A DNA stretch of 64,000 bases from Penicillus capitatus (Eukaryota; Plantae; Chlorophyta): NCBI GenBank assembly GCA_965649825.1, contig OZ287706.1:744001-808000 (forward strand), written 5' to 3'. Positions 11,937 to 24,585 of this stretch are shown here, in pieces. The notes under the pieces are model-generated. The model searched no databases, was not told where the DNA came from, and saw only the letters and a program-made list of their open reading frames with translations. A program made the translations under genes and the position numbers. Numbering within the stretch: the stretch's first letter is position 1; each line of letters begins with the position of its first letter.

Positions 11937-14215
11937 CTAGACATCGAGTGCGAGGACATCTATAAGAATCATATCTGTGAGCGACACGTCTTCTCCAATG
12001 CCCGACGACGGTAAGCATATCCACGGATTGCCTTGGCAGTTGATCTCCGCAAAGATATTCTGCACGAATGGCTTCTTTAGCTTGTCGTCTCGATACCAGA
12101 CAGTGGCAGAGGTGATGCTGCTCATCTCTCGGCGGCACAGATACATACAGGCATTCAGCAGGTCCATACATGCCTCTCGAAATGAACCTGCGGTCGGTAT
12201 CCGTTCAGACTGCTCCAAAATTGGAAAGTGGATCTGCAAGATGACGCAATACGCGTCTTGAAAGAGTAGACGGGCATACGGCTTTGCATCAGCGCCAGAT
12301 GTCATCTCCACCCGCATGCGCCGAACAGTCTCTACCAGCTGTGATCCATTCCACTCATGCACGTGCCCGATGCTGCAGCCCTTAATGTCAGGCAGATCCT
12401 TTAGGCCTCTGAATGATGCGTGTCGTTCGGCCGTTTCTCTGTTGTTCATCATAATCGGTTGAATTTCGATGTTTGCATTCTTCGGCAATGTCGGGACGAC
12501 GACATACGATACGATGGGATCGATGCGGAAATCGAAGACAGGTGGTTTAAGATAGGAGTCCACATTTGGATCCGTTGGCGTCTCATTCATGACGTCCACA
12601 TCTGAATGCGCATCTGGATGCTCCGACGACCAGCATCTGTTGATGAGAGTCCGCAGCGCTTCTCTCTCATGTTCTGGCAGACCCGAAAGAAAACTCGCGG
12701 CTAGGTAGATGGTAGCCTTGATGGTCGAGCGCATGGCATCTGCCCCGACTGCGATCGCGACAGCCTGGCAATGTTGCAAAGCGAGCTGCACTTCCTGTTG
12801 CCATCCGAGATTGCCAAAAGTCATCGACGAAGGGACCAAACCCAGCTGGCCGGCAACGAAGGACAGGTGTCGCAGTGAGGTCGCTTGACTGTATGGACCG
12901 ATGCAGCATGGCGCCCAATGAGAGATGCTCTGCACATGAAGCACTCTTCTAGAAACACTGGCGGCTCTTGACTTATGAAGAGCTAGAATGCTAAGGGTAC
13001 AGGGGGATGTCTGAGACAGCTGAATGCATGCTCGTGAGGGAGGATCTCTATGCGGAAAGAATGCACAGTAGACTCGATTGGCAACCGCAAAGAGTTTCAT
13101 ATCGTTGAGATAGAGCTGCACGAACACGGCATCTTCCAGCGCCATCTGTTCATCCGCAAGTGCCGACTGTAACTTCTTTAACAACCAGAGCAAACAGAGC
13201 TCTGTTCCCTCTGCGCCGCCTGGCGTCTCTGCTCCGTCGATCATCGACGCGGATAGATGCAAGAAGCATTTGGTCTTCTGGACCGAAAGCATAACAGCCT
13301 CCTTTGGGTGAAGTGCAGCGGACAGTGGTATCCGTGGATGTGCATTGCCGAGTTCGAAATCGAATGGCACCAGATGCAGGCTGCCTGGATGCACGATATC
13401 AGCTGGCGTTTTGATTTCTACGTGAAAGGATTGAATGTCGAGGATACCGACGGGCGAGATATCTCCTCCTTCTTTGTCTTTGAGGACATTGCTCTCGTCG
13501 ATCACAATTCGACCGAATTTGAAGAGAGGGCAGTCCAGTACCAGTGTCTCATATTCGCCCCCTTCGCCGCAAATGTGGCATCCGTATTGTTCGTAGAGCG
13601 CCACGAGATGCGGCTTCATGGAATGCAGATCTTTGCCCAAGTGCTTTTCCGGAATCAATCCCAGTCCTGCGACCTTGATGATGATGGCGTCGATGCCCGA
13701 TCCGATCATATCGTCCATAAGCATCAACTGAGATCGTTTCCACAAGGGAGCCAATGAGATCAATTCCAGTCGCTCACAGATGCTCTCCACTCGGAGTCGT
13801 TGATAGTCCGAAGCGATGGCACCGGAGCAGACCGCTTCCAAGTCTGGATGTCGCGATTTGACGTAACTGACGAGTCGATAGAGGTCCTCCACTTCATCGT
13901 TAGGGGAGGAGGTATAGGACAGTTCATGAGAAACGGACTCTCCACGTGTCGTCACACGGTACATTGGCATTCCTAATGTCTTCCATGGAATCGAGAGGAG
14001 TGAAAGCGATGGATTGAGTTACCCGTGCACTGGGCGAAGCTTTCGACAACGTTGTGGCCGACGGTTTGAAACATCCAGCTATCGAGGTCGTCTTTCTGTA
14101 GTGTCGGGTCGGGGGCGAGGTTGCCAAGAGCGATAACATCGTGTCCCTGCCGCTCGCAGAGCATCATGCAGAAGCAGGAGTCTTTTCCGCCGCTTATCAA
14201 CGCCAAGACCTTCAT
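11937..14215 (-). CDS. DPH6: Diphthine--ammonia ligase with RidA/YjgF domains
   Basis: MKVLALISGGKDS, DSWMFQTVGH, GAIASDYQRLRVE, CGEGGEYETLVLDCPLF, then RidA-like HVQSISHWAPCCIGPYSQA. One intron near the 5' end. Confidence 0.95.
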
Positions 14216-15078
14216 TTCCTATGTCGCGATCTTCAGTCGGCTGCACGCGTCGCGAATGCTGTCGATCATCATTCCGATGTGAGATGCAATTCGAAGGGCG
14301 CCACCGTCAATCGAACGATCGATCGGTGAGCAATGATGATGATCATTCGGGAACACGGGGATGTAAGGAGCACGTCGATTGCCAGCAAGCGACAATGTCT
14401 CGAAATCTGATCGATGCACAACATAGATGGTACGTGTGATGTGATCGATAGCCGTTTCGTCTGCAACGAATGCAAGTTTACACTGATTTGCGACAAGTAA
14501 TCTTCATTGATGTCAACAGAAGGCTAAACGTTCCCGAACACCGATAATCCCTGTAAATGCATTGCGTTCATTTCGTGCACTGGCGATGCAGCTCCGGAGT
14601 TCGATTCTCTTCCATCCATGCGTCGCAATTCCGCTATTCTATCGAGAAAGCGATCGGCATAGGTGATTGACTGACTTCGAAATGCGCACGTGTTCCTGTT
14701 GTTCTCGCCTCTTTCTTTGTTCATTGTACCGCATTCGAGAGACCGTGCGAGATAGACACCCCTTCAGATGTCTCTCCAGCGATGAAAATCTCAAAAGCGT
14801 CGTCTTTTCTCTACGCGTCGTACGTTTCAGACCTAGATAACGCGACACATCGCGTCATTGTTGCGCTGACACGACAAGATGACGGTCCTGCTCAGCGGAT
14901 ATCCTAACAGCAGTCTGTCGGAAACGATAGATGCCTAGTGATGTGACGAGCATGAGAGGTTATATAACAAATGTAAAGACCCAAACGTCAGAACAAACAT
15001 TAAATAACGCCATCGAAATCAGTTTTCGAACATAAGTGACCTGCACAGCACCAGCAGCATCAGAACAGCTCGTGCAGT

Positions 15079-16422
15079 ATGTCTTCTGACTCGCCACAGA
15101 ACACACCCACCCTCAAACGCGCAAAGCCGCTACGACTTGACGAACACACCCTGTCTGGTGTTGGACGGCACGACGCAGGTCTGTGCCATTCTCCCGCAGT
15201 AGCGTTATCTCCTGATATCGAAGGCAGACCGTCCCTGCGTGTCGGATGACAAATCTAAAGAGAGAGGCGAGAATGAGAGGAGGTTATCGACAGGCGTTGA
15301 CTATCGCGTTCATCCTTCTATCACTCAGTTGCGCGTTCACCTGAGCTGCGTGCCGTAAGCGAAGTATCCCAATGATCAATCTGAGACGCATGCTGTAGAG
15401 GTGTCGTACCGCATCTCACTGGAGCACTGCTCCGACAGGATGGCACCGTGGTGGAGACAGTGCTGAACGAAAACTGCAAAAGCATGTGTGGCAGTGTGCG
15501 CCATTCGGGAGTCGACACATCCGACGATGAGGGGCGAGAGGGAGAAAGCATCACGGTCGACATCGAGACCATGAGTCTGCCCGTGTTCTACATCCTCTTG
15601 GCAGTCACCATCTCAGATGAAGCGTGCTGCTCCCTCGACGATGTATCCACGCTCTCGTACGATCGATCGCTATTGTTGGGCGTTTAGGTCAAGGAAGCTG
15701 TCGTGCAGCTAATGGAGCGTCATGGACATTCGCAGCCGGAGAAGAGCCCATGGAGTTTTCCTCTTGGAGATCTGACAGGGAATGCTGTCTTGACGGCATT
15801 GATGACTCGGAAGGGCGCCTACTGGCACTTTCAACTCCTCCGTACGCCAGTGACTGGCCACAACCTCGAAACCGTTTTACAGGTCGTGCGGTCCTGTCGT
15901 CTGGACTGAGCCTCAACCATCTGTGCACTTCAGAATCCGTCGAATCTCTTGTGCGTGCGGGACAATCCATCATGGCCTCCTCTTGTCCGACATGCCCAAG
16001 TCCGCGTGATCCAAGGCATGGACTTGGCGGCGAAAGACCGCTCACGACTCATGAGACGGCCGTCCTCCGATCCTTACTTTGTCATTCAGTTCAAGAACAG
16101 GAAGTTCACGTCGTCACACCAAAGAAAGACGCTGGCGCCGCGATGGGACGTCGAATCGTTTTTCGATCTGGGCAATCTGCTCGAGACCGAAACTGAAGGA
16201 CTGAAGATCGAACTGTTCGATCACGATACGCTCAAACATCACGACTTCATGGGATCTGTCTGGATTCCCGGAAGCGAGATCTATCATTACGGACCTGGGG
16301 AACGTTCTCTTTGGTATTACTTAGGTCCTTCTCGGAAAGAAGAGTTTAGGGACAAAAAGGTATCCGGCAAGATCGAACTACAGTTCAAGATTGTCGACGT
16401 CTGCCCTTGTCATCAAAACTAA
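15079..16422 (+). CDS. TerD-like domain + C2 domain protein
   Basis: TerD-like KSMCGSVRHSGVDTSDDEGREGESITVDIE...LMTRKGAYWHF followed by C2 (VRVIQGMDLAAKD...SDPY...KTLAPRWD...ELFDHDTLKHHDFMG). 5' exons and exact 3' end are less certain. Confidence 0.7.
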
Positions 16423-16998
16423 TCGTTCATTCACTGTTTCGTTGTTATGCCGAATGGGAGTTTATGCATCATCTGTGGGATCTTTATTGAGTCGTTTTCG
16501 ATCTCGCATCGCTTGTTTTTCTAATCGGAGATTGTATGCAGCGATGAGCGTCGAAATGGAGATAACAGTAAGGAGAACCATCGACGTGCGATCTCCAATA
16601 CGATACATTTTTCTTCAATGTCGAATCGTTCCGATCGTGCACCTATATGCCAAACTCTGAGATGGGCGAGATAACAAAACGCACTGAGAGCAAGCCGTTT
16701 TGTGTGGGACACAACCCTCGCTGGATCGATCGACACTTATCGACGTCTGGCTCGGTAGTCTTTGTCGCAAATCGATAAACGCTTTAGATGATTGCATGCG
16801 AACGATCGGTCGGTCGTCCGCGATCACATCTCGAAACGCGCGCGCCGGTATTTTTCGTCGATGGGGCACGGCCTGGTTGCACGTCACATCAAAGACGGCT
16901 CGTCGCGTGACGTTCATCGGCGGCGTTCGATAGACGCGCTAAGTCGCAAATAGATTACAAGGGGCGCTATTATTCATTTCGGCACAATGGCTCACGAA

Positions 16999-18058
16999 TC
17001 ATCGATCGTCTTTGCTATTGGCAGCATCCATTCCATGTCTCTTGAGCGCCGCACGACGCGCCGCCGCCGCAGGATCCGTGACGATCTTCTTCCCACCGAG
17101 GAGTCGTCCGTCCTCCGGTGTCCGATCGAGAAACGGATCGTCCTTGTCGACCTCAGCTGACGTCCCATCCATTAGAACGCGTCCCGCCGTCAATGGCAGG
17201 AGATACGCTTTGCATTCACGCAGCAGTTGTGCATTGAGCTTCTTGAAATTCTCGTCGTGATCAGACCAGACCATATGCGTCAGCTCATGGATCAGCGTCT
17301 CCCGAATCGTCAGATATTTCCGGAAGCCTCGTCCATCGTCCGTCCGCAGACGCAGCGCAATTTCTTGTCCTTTATTGACATTGTAACCCAGCACACAGCG
17401 CTCACTGATCCCGACCTTGCCTTCCGGCGGCATCTCACTCAAGAGATCGACTTTCCATCGATGTTTCCGCATGATGCCCTGAATACCGACATCGTGAGCC
17501 AGACGATACAGTAACTGTCGTGCTTCCTCAGGCGATGGCCACAAAGCACTGTCTTCTAACACTTGGTAACGATCGAAGCCGTATTCCACTGGAACAACAG
17601 AACAGGATCATCACTCCTTAACGTCATGCATACCGTACCGTCAGGCGGCCGCACGGAGGAATCGCCATATCTCCGTCGCTGGGCTTCGCGTTCAGCCTCC
17701 TCTGCAAATCCACGCACTCGCGGGATGTCTGTTTCCGACTGCACGTTACAGACAGCCTCTCGAGTACTCCCGACCAATATATATCTCTTTCCAGGAAGAA
17801 CGCCTGCGCACGCCATACGCTGTTGGATACGATTCCCAATACTGGACGCGGAATTGGCATACCTGCGTTGTGGAGGGTTTGCGTTGGCTGCTCGTAGAGT
17901 TTCAGCGCCCCGCGAATATTTGGCCCGATTAATTTTTGCGTCAGAAAATGCACGGACGTTGTTTGTTCGATACGTTTTCCAATGTCGGCGAGCGTGCTGT
18001 CTTCGAAAGAGAGCGTCCAGTGATGCTCGTGTCCTCTGTATTTGAAAACGAACTCCAT
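16999..18058 (-). CDS. UBL + WLM (Wss1-like) metalloprotease
   Basis: N-terminal ubiquitin-like domain; WKVDLLSEMPP, LGYNVNKGQEIALRLRTDD, zinc motif LIHELTHMVWSDHD. Confidence 0.9.
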
Positions 18059-18146
18059 CTTTTACAGACAGATGGCATCTTTGGCGTTTTTATAGGCGAA
18101 GCTGTGATGAGGGTAACGTTTCGATTACGTCATCCAATCGTCGTGA

Positions 18147-19195
18147 TTAGACAGCAGCTACCGTCGAGGTAGCGCCGTTCGTCATCACCGTTGGTTTGGA
18201 GATAACCGCATCGATCAGTCCATACTCGACGGCCTCTTCGGGACTCAGGAAGAAATCGCGATCGGTATCGGCAGTGATAATGTCCAAATCCTTGCCAGTA
18301 AATTCCGCCTAGACAAGCATGCGCCTCTTAGGATACTACGAGCAGGCTGCGTTCATTAGGCAGGTACCAAGTAGCCATTAAGCGTGAGCTTGTGGTGCAG
18401 GATCTCGTTGGCCTGGATTTCGATATCTGCTGCCTGTCCCTGTGCTCCGCCCAATGGCTGATGAATCATGATTCTCGAATTCAGTAGACTGTAACGTTTG
18501 CCCTGTGGGTATGCCGCATCCAGTCTTGTTTCGTGATGTGACGTCGAAGGCTTACCTGATGTCCGGAAGCTAAGAGGAAGGCGCCCATGCTGGCCGCCAG
18601 ACCAATGCACACCGTGCTCACATCTGGGCGAATGTGACGCATCGTATCGAAGACGGCCATTCCTGCTGTCACCGATCCGCCAGGCGAGTTGATGTACATC
18701 GTGATGTCCTTGTCTGGATCCACGGCGTCCAAATACAACAACTGGGCCACGATCAGATTCGCCATCTCATCATCCACTGCCCCACCCAGACGTATAATTC
18801 TCTGCATTCCACACAGGACTCCAATACAAGAGCAGAAAAGCGATGTGACCTGCTGGAAGAGTTGAGAAATGACACCCTGGAAACGCTCGACGACGAGGGG
18901 ACTTGGCGGCTCAGGCCCCTGTCCACAGTAGATCGGCGCATGAGATGATTTCGACGCAATCCCAGCTCTGTCGATCATAAAGATCAGTAGGGACAGAGAG
19001 ACAGGTGGCAGGAATCTGCCGACGTGACCTGCGAATGGAGTCCGGTCTGTATGGCGATCCCTGTGCGTCTTCGAGGCGCTGAGCCGCCACACGTGGCGTC
19101 TGCCTTTTCGTGACGAGACGTGGCGATTCAAGCTTCGGTCGTGTTGGTGGTGCTGACGTCGAGAGTGGCTTCGAGCTGAGTCGCATGGCGTGCAT
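18147..19195 (-). CDS. CLPP5: Plastid ATP-dependent Clp protease proteolytic subunit (ClpP5-type)
   Basis: [12 protein letters not shown]|[56 protein letters not shown]. Transit-peptide-like N-terminus. Confidence 0.92.
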
Positions 19196-19421
19196 GATGT
19201 CTGTTCATCAATGTCGTTTCCATTGGCGTCATGGGTTCGTACGTTCGGCGCCCGCGTCAATGACGCACAAGACCCCGTCGGTTCATCTGCGCACAAGCCT
19301 TCCGCACGCACACGGCTCGATACCCGAACGCAGTATCGTCTTCCAGATGCATCGCAGTCGGTCTTTGACGCAACGGAGAAAGATTGAGAGAGGGGGTCGG
19401 CGGAGTCATGGACAGGCCAAG

Positions 19422-20886
19422 ATGCATGCGTCCAATGAGGCACCTCGGATTTCGACGCGAAGGCGCACGCGGCAGCAGCGTCGTGAGAGAGAAGTTTCTG
19501 AAAACAAGAGCGACGAAACGGCCTCCAGCGCCTCGCCCAATACCATCGGCAAACATCACCAACGTCGACGCTACGTCAGAAGCAAGCCGCCAAAAGCCAT
19601 GCCAGGTGGACGCATTATCAATGCGGGACAAGGAACATTGACAGAGGTATCGAAGTCATTCTACGTGGCTTACGGATCAGCGGAGCTCAGCGAAGCCACG
19701 AAGGACCTCCATCTCGTCGTCCCTGTCAAGGACGAACTGCAGGAAGTCACGGACGAAGAGACTCCAGCACCGAATCCCATGTCTCTGCCCATTATTACAT
19801 CGAGTGAAAAGAAAGATGTCCGTTTTCAAGGTATCTATCTCTCTTGCTGTCTATGGCTCGTGTCCAACGCCATCTGTCTTTTCGATCTGTCGCAGATATG
19901 CATCATGGTGCGCCGCCACCGCCGCCACCGCCGCCGCCATTGTGGTTGGAATCACCACGTCTGTCTTCATTGTGTTCGCCAGAATCGAACAACATCCCGT
20001 TCACTCCTGTAGAGGAGGCATCGTTGATGAGTGCCCTGCATTCAGGCTTGCCTCCGAAGCCATCCAATGGGCAATTGCCGTTGAGCTGGTACAATGCGCC
20101 GCCTTGGGTACATGTGAAACCGAGTATGGCGCCTTTCGCCACCAAGTACGATACCCACGTAAGAATCGAGATATCTATCTCTTTTTGGCAGTGTATGGAT
20201 GGATGGACATGTGTGCGGTTCAGGTATCGAGCACAAACGATTTCGAGGGTCGGTTGTTTGCGGACGTCTTTTCGTCGGCAGATCGAGATGGGCATCTCAT
20301 CGAATCGAATCTAGCGCGTTCGATGGCCGCACATCACCGAGCGCCATCCACATCACCGTGTGATGGTGACATCCGAGAACGCGAAGGTGCATCGGCCGCC
20401 TACAGCCCGAAAGGCGGCGTCTCGGATGTCGCATTGTGCCACGCAGGCGAAGATTGCAGTTACTTTCATCTGGCCGATGAGTTGATGCCCGAGACCAAGC
20501 CACATGTCCGTTTTCATCATCATCAACAACAGCAACAACAACAACAACAACCTTATCGTCCGTCACGTTATTTGGATCCTGTCGCCGTACCGCAGCTACC
20601 GCGGAATGGAAATGAATTGCCGTCTTTTCTTCGCCAAACAACACCTCAGGCACCACAGCCCCCATCGAATTCCCTTTCCTTTCCCGTCGCTTTTCAGCAC
20701 GTCCCGCAGTGGGATGCAGCGGATCCTATGACGCTGCAGCCCATGGGCATGACGCCGCCACTTTCAAGTTTTCCTGCCCATCTGAGGCGCCTTTCGGAAA
20801 TAAACGCTCGATCCCTGCATCCGCAGAAATCTTTCTTGGCAGAGTGCCATCCCCTGATCCAGTCCCACTCCAATCTCCTCATTTAA
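19422..20886 (+). CDS. Hypothetical low-complexity protein (poly-Pro and poly-Gln tracts)
   Basis: Long overlapping open frames linked by GT-AG introns at ~19830 and ~20145; no recognised domain. The frame after intron 2 depends on acceptor choice. Confidence 0.4.
20521..20551 (+). repeat. (CAA/CAG)n microsatellite encoding poly-Q
   Basis: catcaacaacagcaacaacaacaacaacaac. Confidence 0.9.
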
Positions 20887-21228
20887 TTTTTGTCATCCGA
20901 CACTGCGACCGACCTGTTCTATCAATAACGAATCATGATCCGAATTTTTCAACAAATAAGGACTTGACGTGTTGATTGTAGTCAGGGACATGCATGATCG
21001 TGTGCGTTTGTGAGCAGATATGCACTGTTACTCACCTGTACGAGTAGTTGGAATATACAACAATGAGAACCACATAAGTGATTCGACTTAGAACACCTGT
21101 AGAGCAGATGTTGACAGCATGGACGAATAAAATGATCGAGATGTTAGAAAACACGATATTGCCATCAACTCAACAACGTCACTTCTTATTGATGCGGAAG
21201 ATGATTATGATTAGAAGATTCTCTCTCT

Positions 21229-23823
21229 ATGACAGAAGAGTTCGATGGCGCGTCGTTTCTCGCGGAGGAGTGGATCAATACCGCATGTCGTCATCGACCG
21301 CGAGACACGCCGCTCGAAACGTCACATCATCGTACACGGATAGGGCAGAGAGATGCCTGTGCCGTTGTAGATATCTGACGCAGTTGGAGATGCAGCTGCA
21401 GCTGCGATGTGAAGACGTCGAGGCCGATATCGAATCGACGGCGCATCATTTGGCACAGCAGATGCCGTCCATGCTGCAGGCGGCGGACCAGATTCAAGTA
21501 CTATCCATCCGAGATGTGGCACGATGTGACGTTTGTTAAGTATAGAGTGAGATGACGGCTCTGTATGAGACCCTCACGACGACGGTCGCGGCAGTGGACG
21601 AACGATCATCTCGTGCGCGAGATGTCGTTCGGGGGATCGATGAATTGCATCGCATCAAATCGAATATGCAAACGGCATGCAGTTCTCTGAAAGTGTGATC
21701 GTACGTTGGAGAGATGTGTGACAAATGGGAGCTGCCAGGAAGCTACGGAGCTTTCAGAATTGTTTGTACGTGTGGATGCTGTGTTCAACAGTGGAGATAT
21801 CTTTGCCATGGCCAAAATCATGTCCACCATGCACCGAAGCCTGAAACTCGTCGGCAACGTTCCGGAATTCCAATCGGGGAAGCAAAAACTCAAAGTGTGA
21901 CATCATCGTAAGGACTCTACCATCTCGCACTTTTTAGGCATTAGAAGAGAGTTTGATTTCATCTGTCGAGGCAAAGCTCTCCACTGCCATCCTCGAAAAG
22001 CAAAGTCAAGAGAGACCACCTGTTCCGAAAGCGTGCGAATGGAGGGGTTTGTCGCAGATGAGCAGATCCAGAAGCTGAGCGAGATCTTGTCGTCGCTGGA
22101 TGCACACATTGTTGTCGAGAACACATTTGTGGCTGCCAAGCGGCAAGAGATGAAGGCTCTTTTGCGGACCACGATGGAGACGTTGTCTGTCCCGTCGAAA
22201 TCGGATCATCACATAAGAGTGATGGAATGTGTGAGAGAGTGGCAAAATGCCATCATTCAAAAAATGAGTGATGAGCTTGAATGGTGCTGCACCCTGTTTC
22301 CGGATCGAGGCCCATCTCTCCTCATCTCTACCACCAAAGCCCTCCTGCACGATTGGAACCCGTACTCTACGATACAGCTGATGTCATGTCTCTTATATGT
22401 GCATCTTCGCAGAGGCATAGCTCGCGTCTTGGAGGAGCAAGGATCGGTTGAGTGGACGCGCGATGTCCAGGAGGCGACTGTGGAGTTCTGTCTGACGCTC
22501 CAACATCTGCTCGGGAGTATCGTAGGGGAGGAAGAGATGGAAGGCATCGTGATCTGTGCTCTGGAGCCGACGGAGAGAATCATCGACCGGTCTGCTCAGT
22601 TAGAGAAGGGAGTATGGATGGATGCTTTGGATCAGATCTCTGCCGCCTTTGTATCTCCGTCCCAAATGGACGCCGCCGTTCAGTCACTCTATCAATTGAC
22701 ACAGAACGCCATTCAGTCCTGTCTGCTGCTGTCTGGAGGCACAGAGATGGCGGAACTGGCTGTTGAGATGGAGCAATGCTGGATGGCGTTCTTGGCCCAA
22801 CGTATCACGGCATTGAAGGCTATGCGATCGTCGTCGCTGCCAGAGACGTCAGAAGATCCTGAAAATCTCGCTGCCGTTTTGCATCTGCTGAAAGTGTCGG
22901 CGACGTTTGAGCGCCGACTCTCGGACATCGATGCCAAATTCCGACAGTCGGTTGTGGAGATCCAGACCCACCTTGACAAACCTCTTGCCCCGTTGGATCT
23001 CGTTCGTCTCCGGTGCGCCACGCGGCAGTTGTCTCTTGCTATGTCATCATGAGAGACCCCTTAGGCTGAAGAGATTGCCAGAGAAAGAGCGAAGACTTGG
23101 CGCTTTTCTGGAAGGGGGTGGCTGGAAAGGACGTGCGGCACTGCAACGTTCAGTCGATGGCTTCTCTGCAGCTTCCGAGGCATTGGTCTACGATGCCTTG
23201 ATGCACAAACCTCGATTTCTCTTTAAAGGTGCATTGCACGTCACATCGCTTTTCTCTTCCATGGACCTATGTCCAGGATTTGTGCGTATGGGAGAATGGA
23301 CCAAAGTGGATTCAGCTGAAGGAACGGCATCGCTGCCCCAGTTCAGTGCCTACCCATTGCACTACGTTTCTGCCCTAGGCGAATATCTCATGATGGTCCC
23401 GCAGCTTCTCGAGGCGCTTGTGACCACACAGCCCGAGACCGATGAACAGGTCTTCGAACAAGAGCAAGAAATGGCCAGTACTCTGCTGTCCAAGGTCACA
23501 CTTTGTCACACCACGATCTTCATCGAGTGTGATGTATGCTCCAGGTCATTGTCGGCAGCGCCGAGCTGTACGGGGATGAAATCCTGGGCCTGACACAACT
23601 GACAAGCCCGGGAGTGGTGCAGATGACCTGTGATCTGCAGTACTTTTCGAATGTTCTTTCGGCCATGGGAACGAGTTTCCCGCCGTCTCTTGCCTCTGTC
23701 TACGAAGCCATTCAATCGCCAGCGGATCAGATTCGGCAACAGTTGCAGAACACATCTGCCCCAATCGACGGAAATCGACGGACGGTCTTCGAGACCGTTC
23801 TAAGAATGAAGCATTCGGACTAA
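21229..23823 (+). CDS. COG7: Conserved oligomeric Golgi complex subunit 7
   Basis: EEWINTAC...YLTQLEMQLQL N-terminus; LPQFSAYPLHYVSALGEYLMMVPQLLEAL; QMTCDLQYFSNVLSAMG. Multi-exon. Confidence 0.85.
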
Positions 23824-23913
23824 GGGGATGTATGTTTGTTCGCGCGCGTGTGTACGTTCGTCCGCCGACATTTCTGAAAAGTTGTGCGTCGTGAACTCTG
23901 ACGCTCAAGCGTA

Positions 23914-24513
23914 ATGGCGCCGAAGTTTGATCCTGATGCGATCACAGAGGTATATCTGAAGACAACAGGCGGCGAAGTCGGTGCGGCTTCGGCACTGGCA
24001 CCAAAGATTGGTCCTCTGGGTCTGTCTCCCAAGAAGATCGGTGAAGATATCGCCAAAGCGACGGCGAAAGATTGGAAAGGCCTTCGCGTCACGGTCAAAC
24101 TGACCGTACAGAACCGCCAGGCCAAGGTCTCGGTCGTGCCTTCTGCCTCAGCACTGGTCATCAAAGCGCTCAAAGAGCCACCACGCGATCGAAAAAAGGT
24201 GAGCGATGGAGATCATAAACGCAGAGGGTGACTCGGAGGGCGATACAGGAGAAGAACGTTCAGCACAACGGAAATCTAACGATGGACGATATTATCGAAA
24301 TCGCACGGACGATGCGTGATCGCAGCTGTGCCCGGACACTCGCCGGAACGTGCAAAGAGATTCTGGGCACGTGTCGATCCGTCGGCTGCACGGTCGATCA
24401 CGAAGATCCGGAAGAGGTCACGCGAAAAGTAACATACGATGTGTGCACACCGATGGTGTGTCACGGGGACGGCGTAGATTTCGGAGGGAGAGATTACGAT
24501 ACCGGAGGAGTGA
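23914..24513 (+). CDS. RPL12: 60S ribosomal protein L12 (uL11)
   Basis: MAPKFDP...[32 protein letters not shown]; two introns; stop TGA 24511-24513. Confidence 0.98.
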
Positions 24514-24533
24514 GGCGTGATGGATGTCATCGA

Positions 24534-24538
24534 TGTAA
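24534..24538 (+). terminator. TGTAA chlorophyte polyadenylation signal (RPL12)
   Basis: TGTAA 20 nt after the RPL12 stop. Similar signals follow H2A.Z (29531) and PSMB1 (34302). Confidence 0.5.
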
Positions 24539-24585
24539 AAAAGACGATCGTTGACGCAATGTACATTCATCACACGTCGTTGACG

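Noticed and set aside
14599-14607. T-loop-like GTTCGATTC
   Set aside because: No cloverleaf in the flanks; no tRNA or rRNA found in the window.
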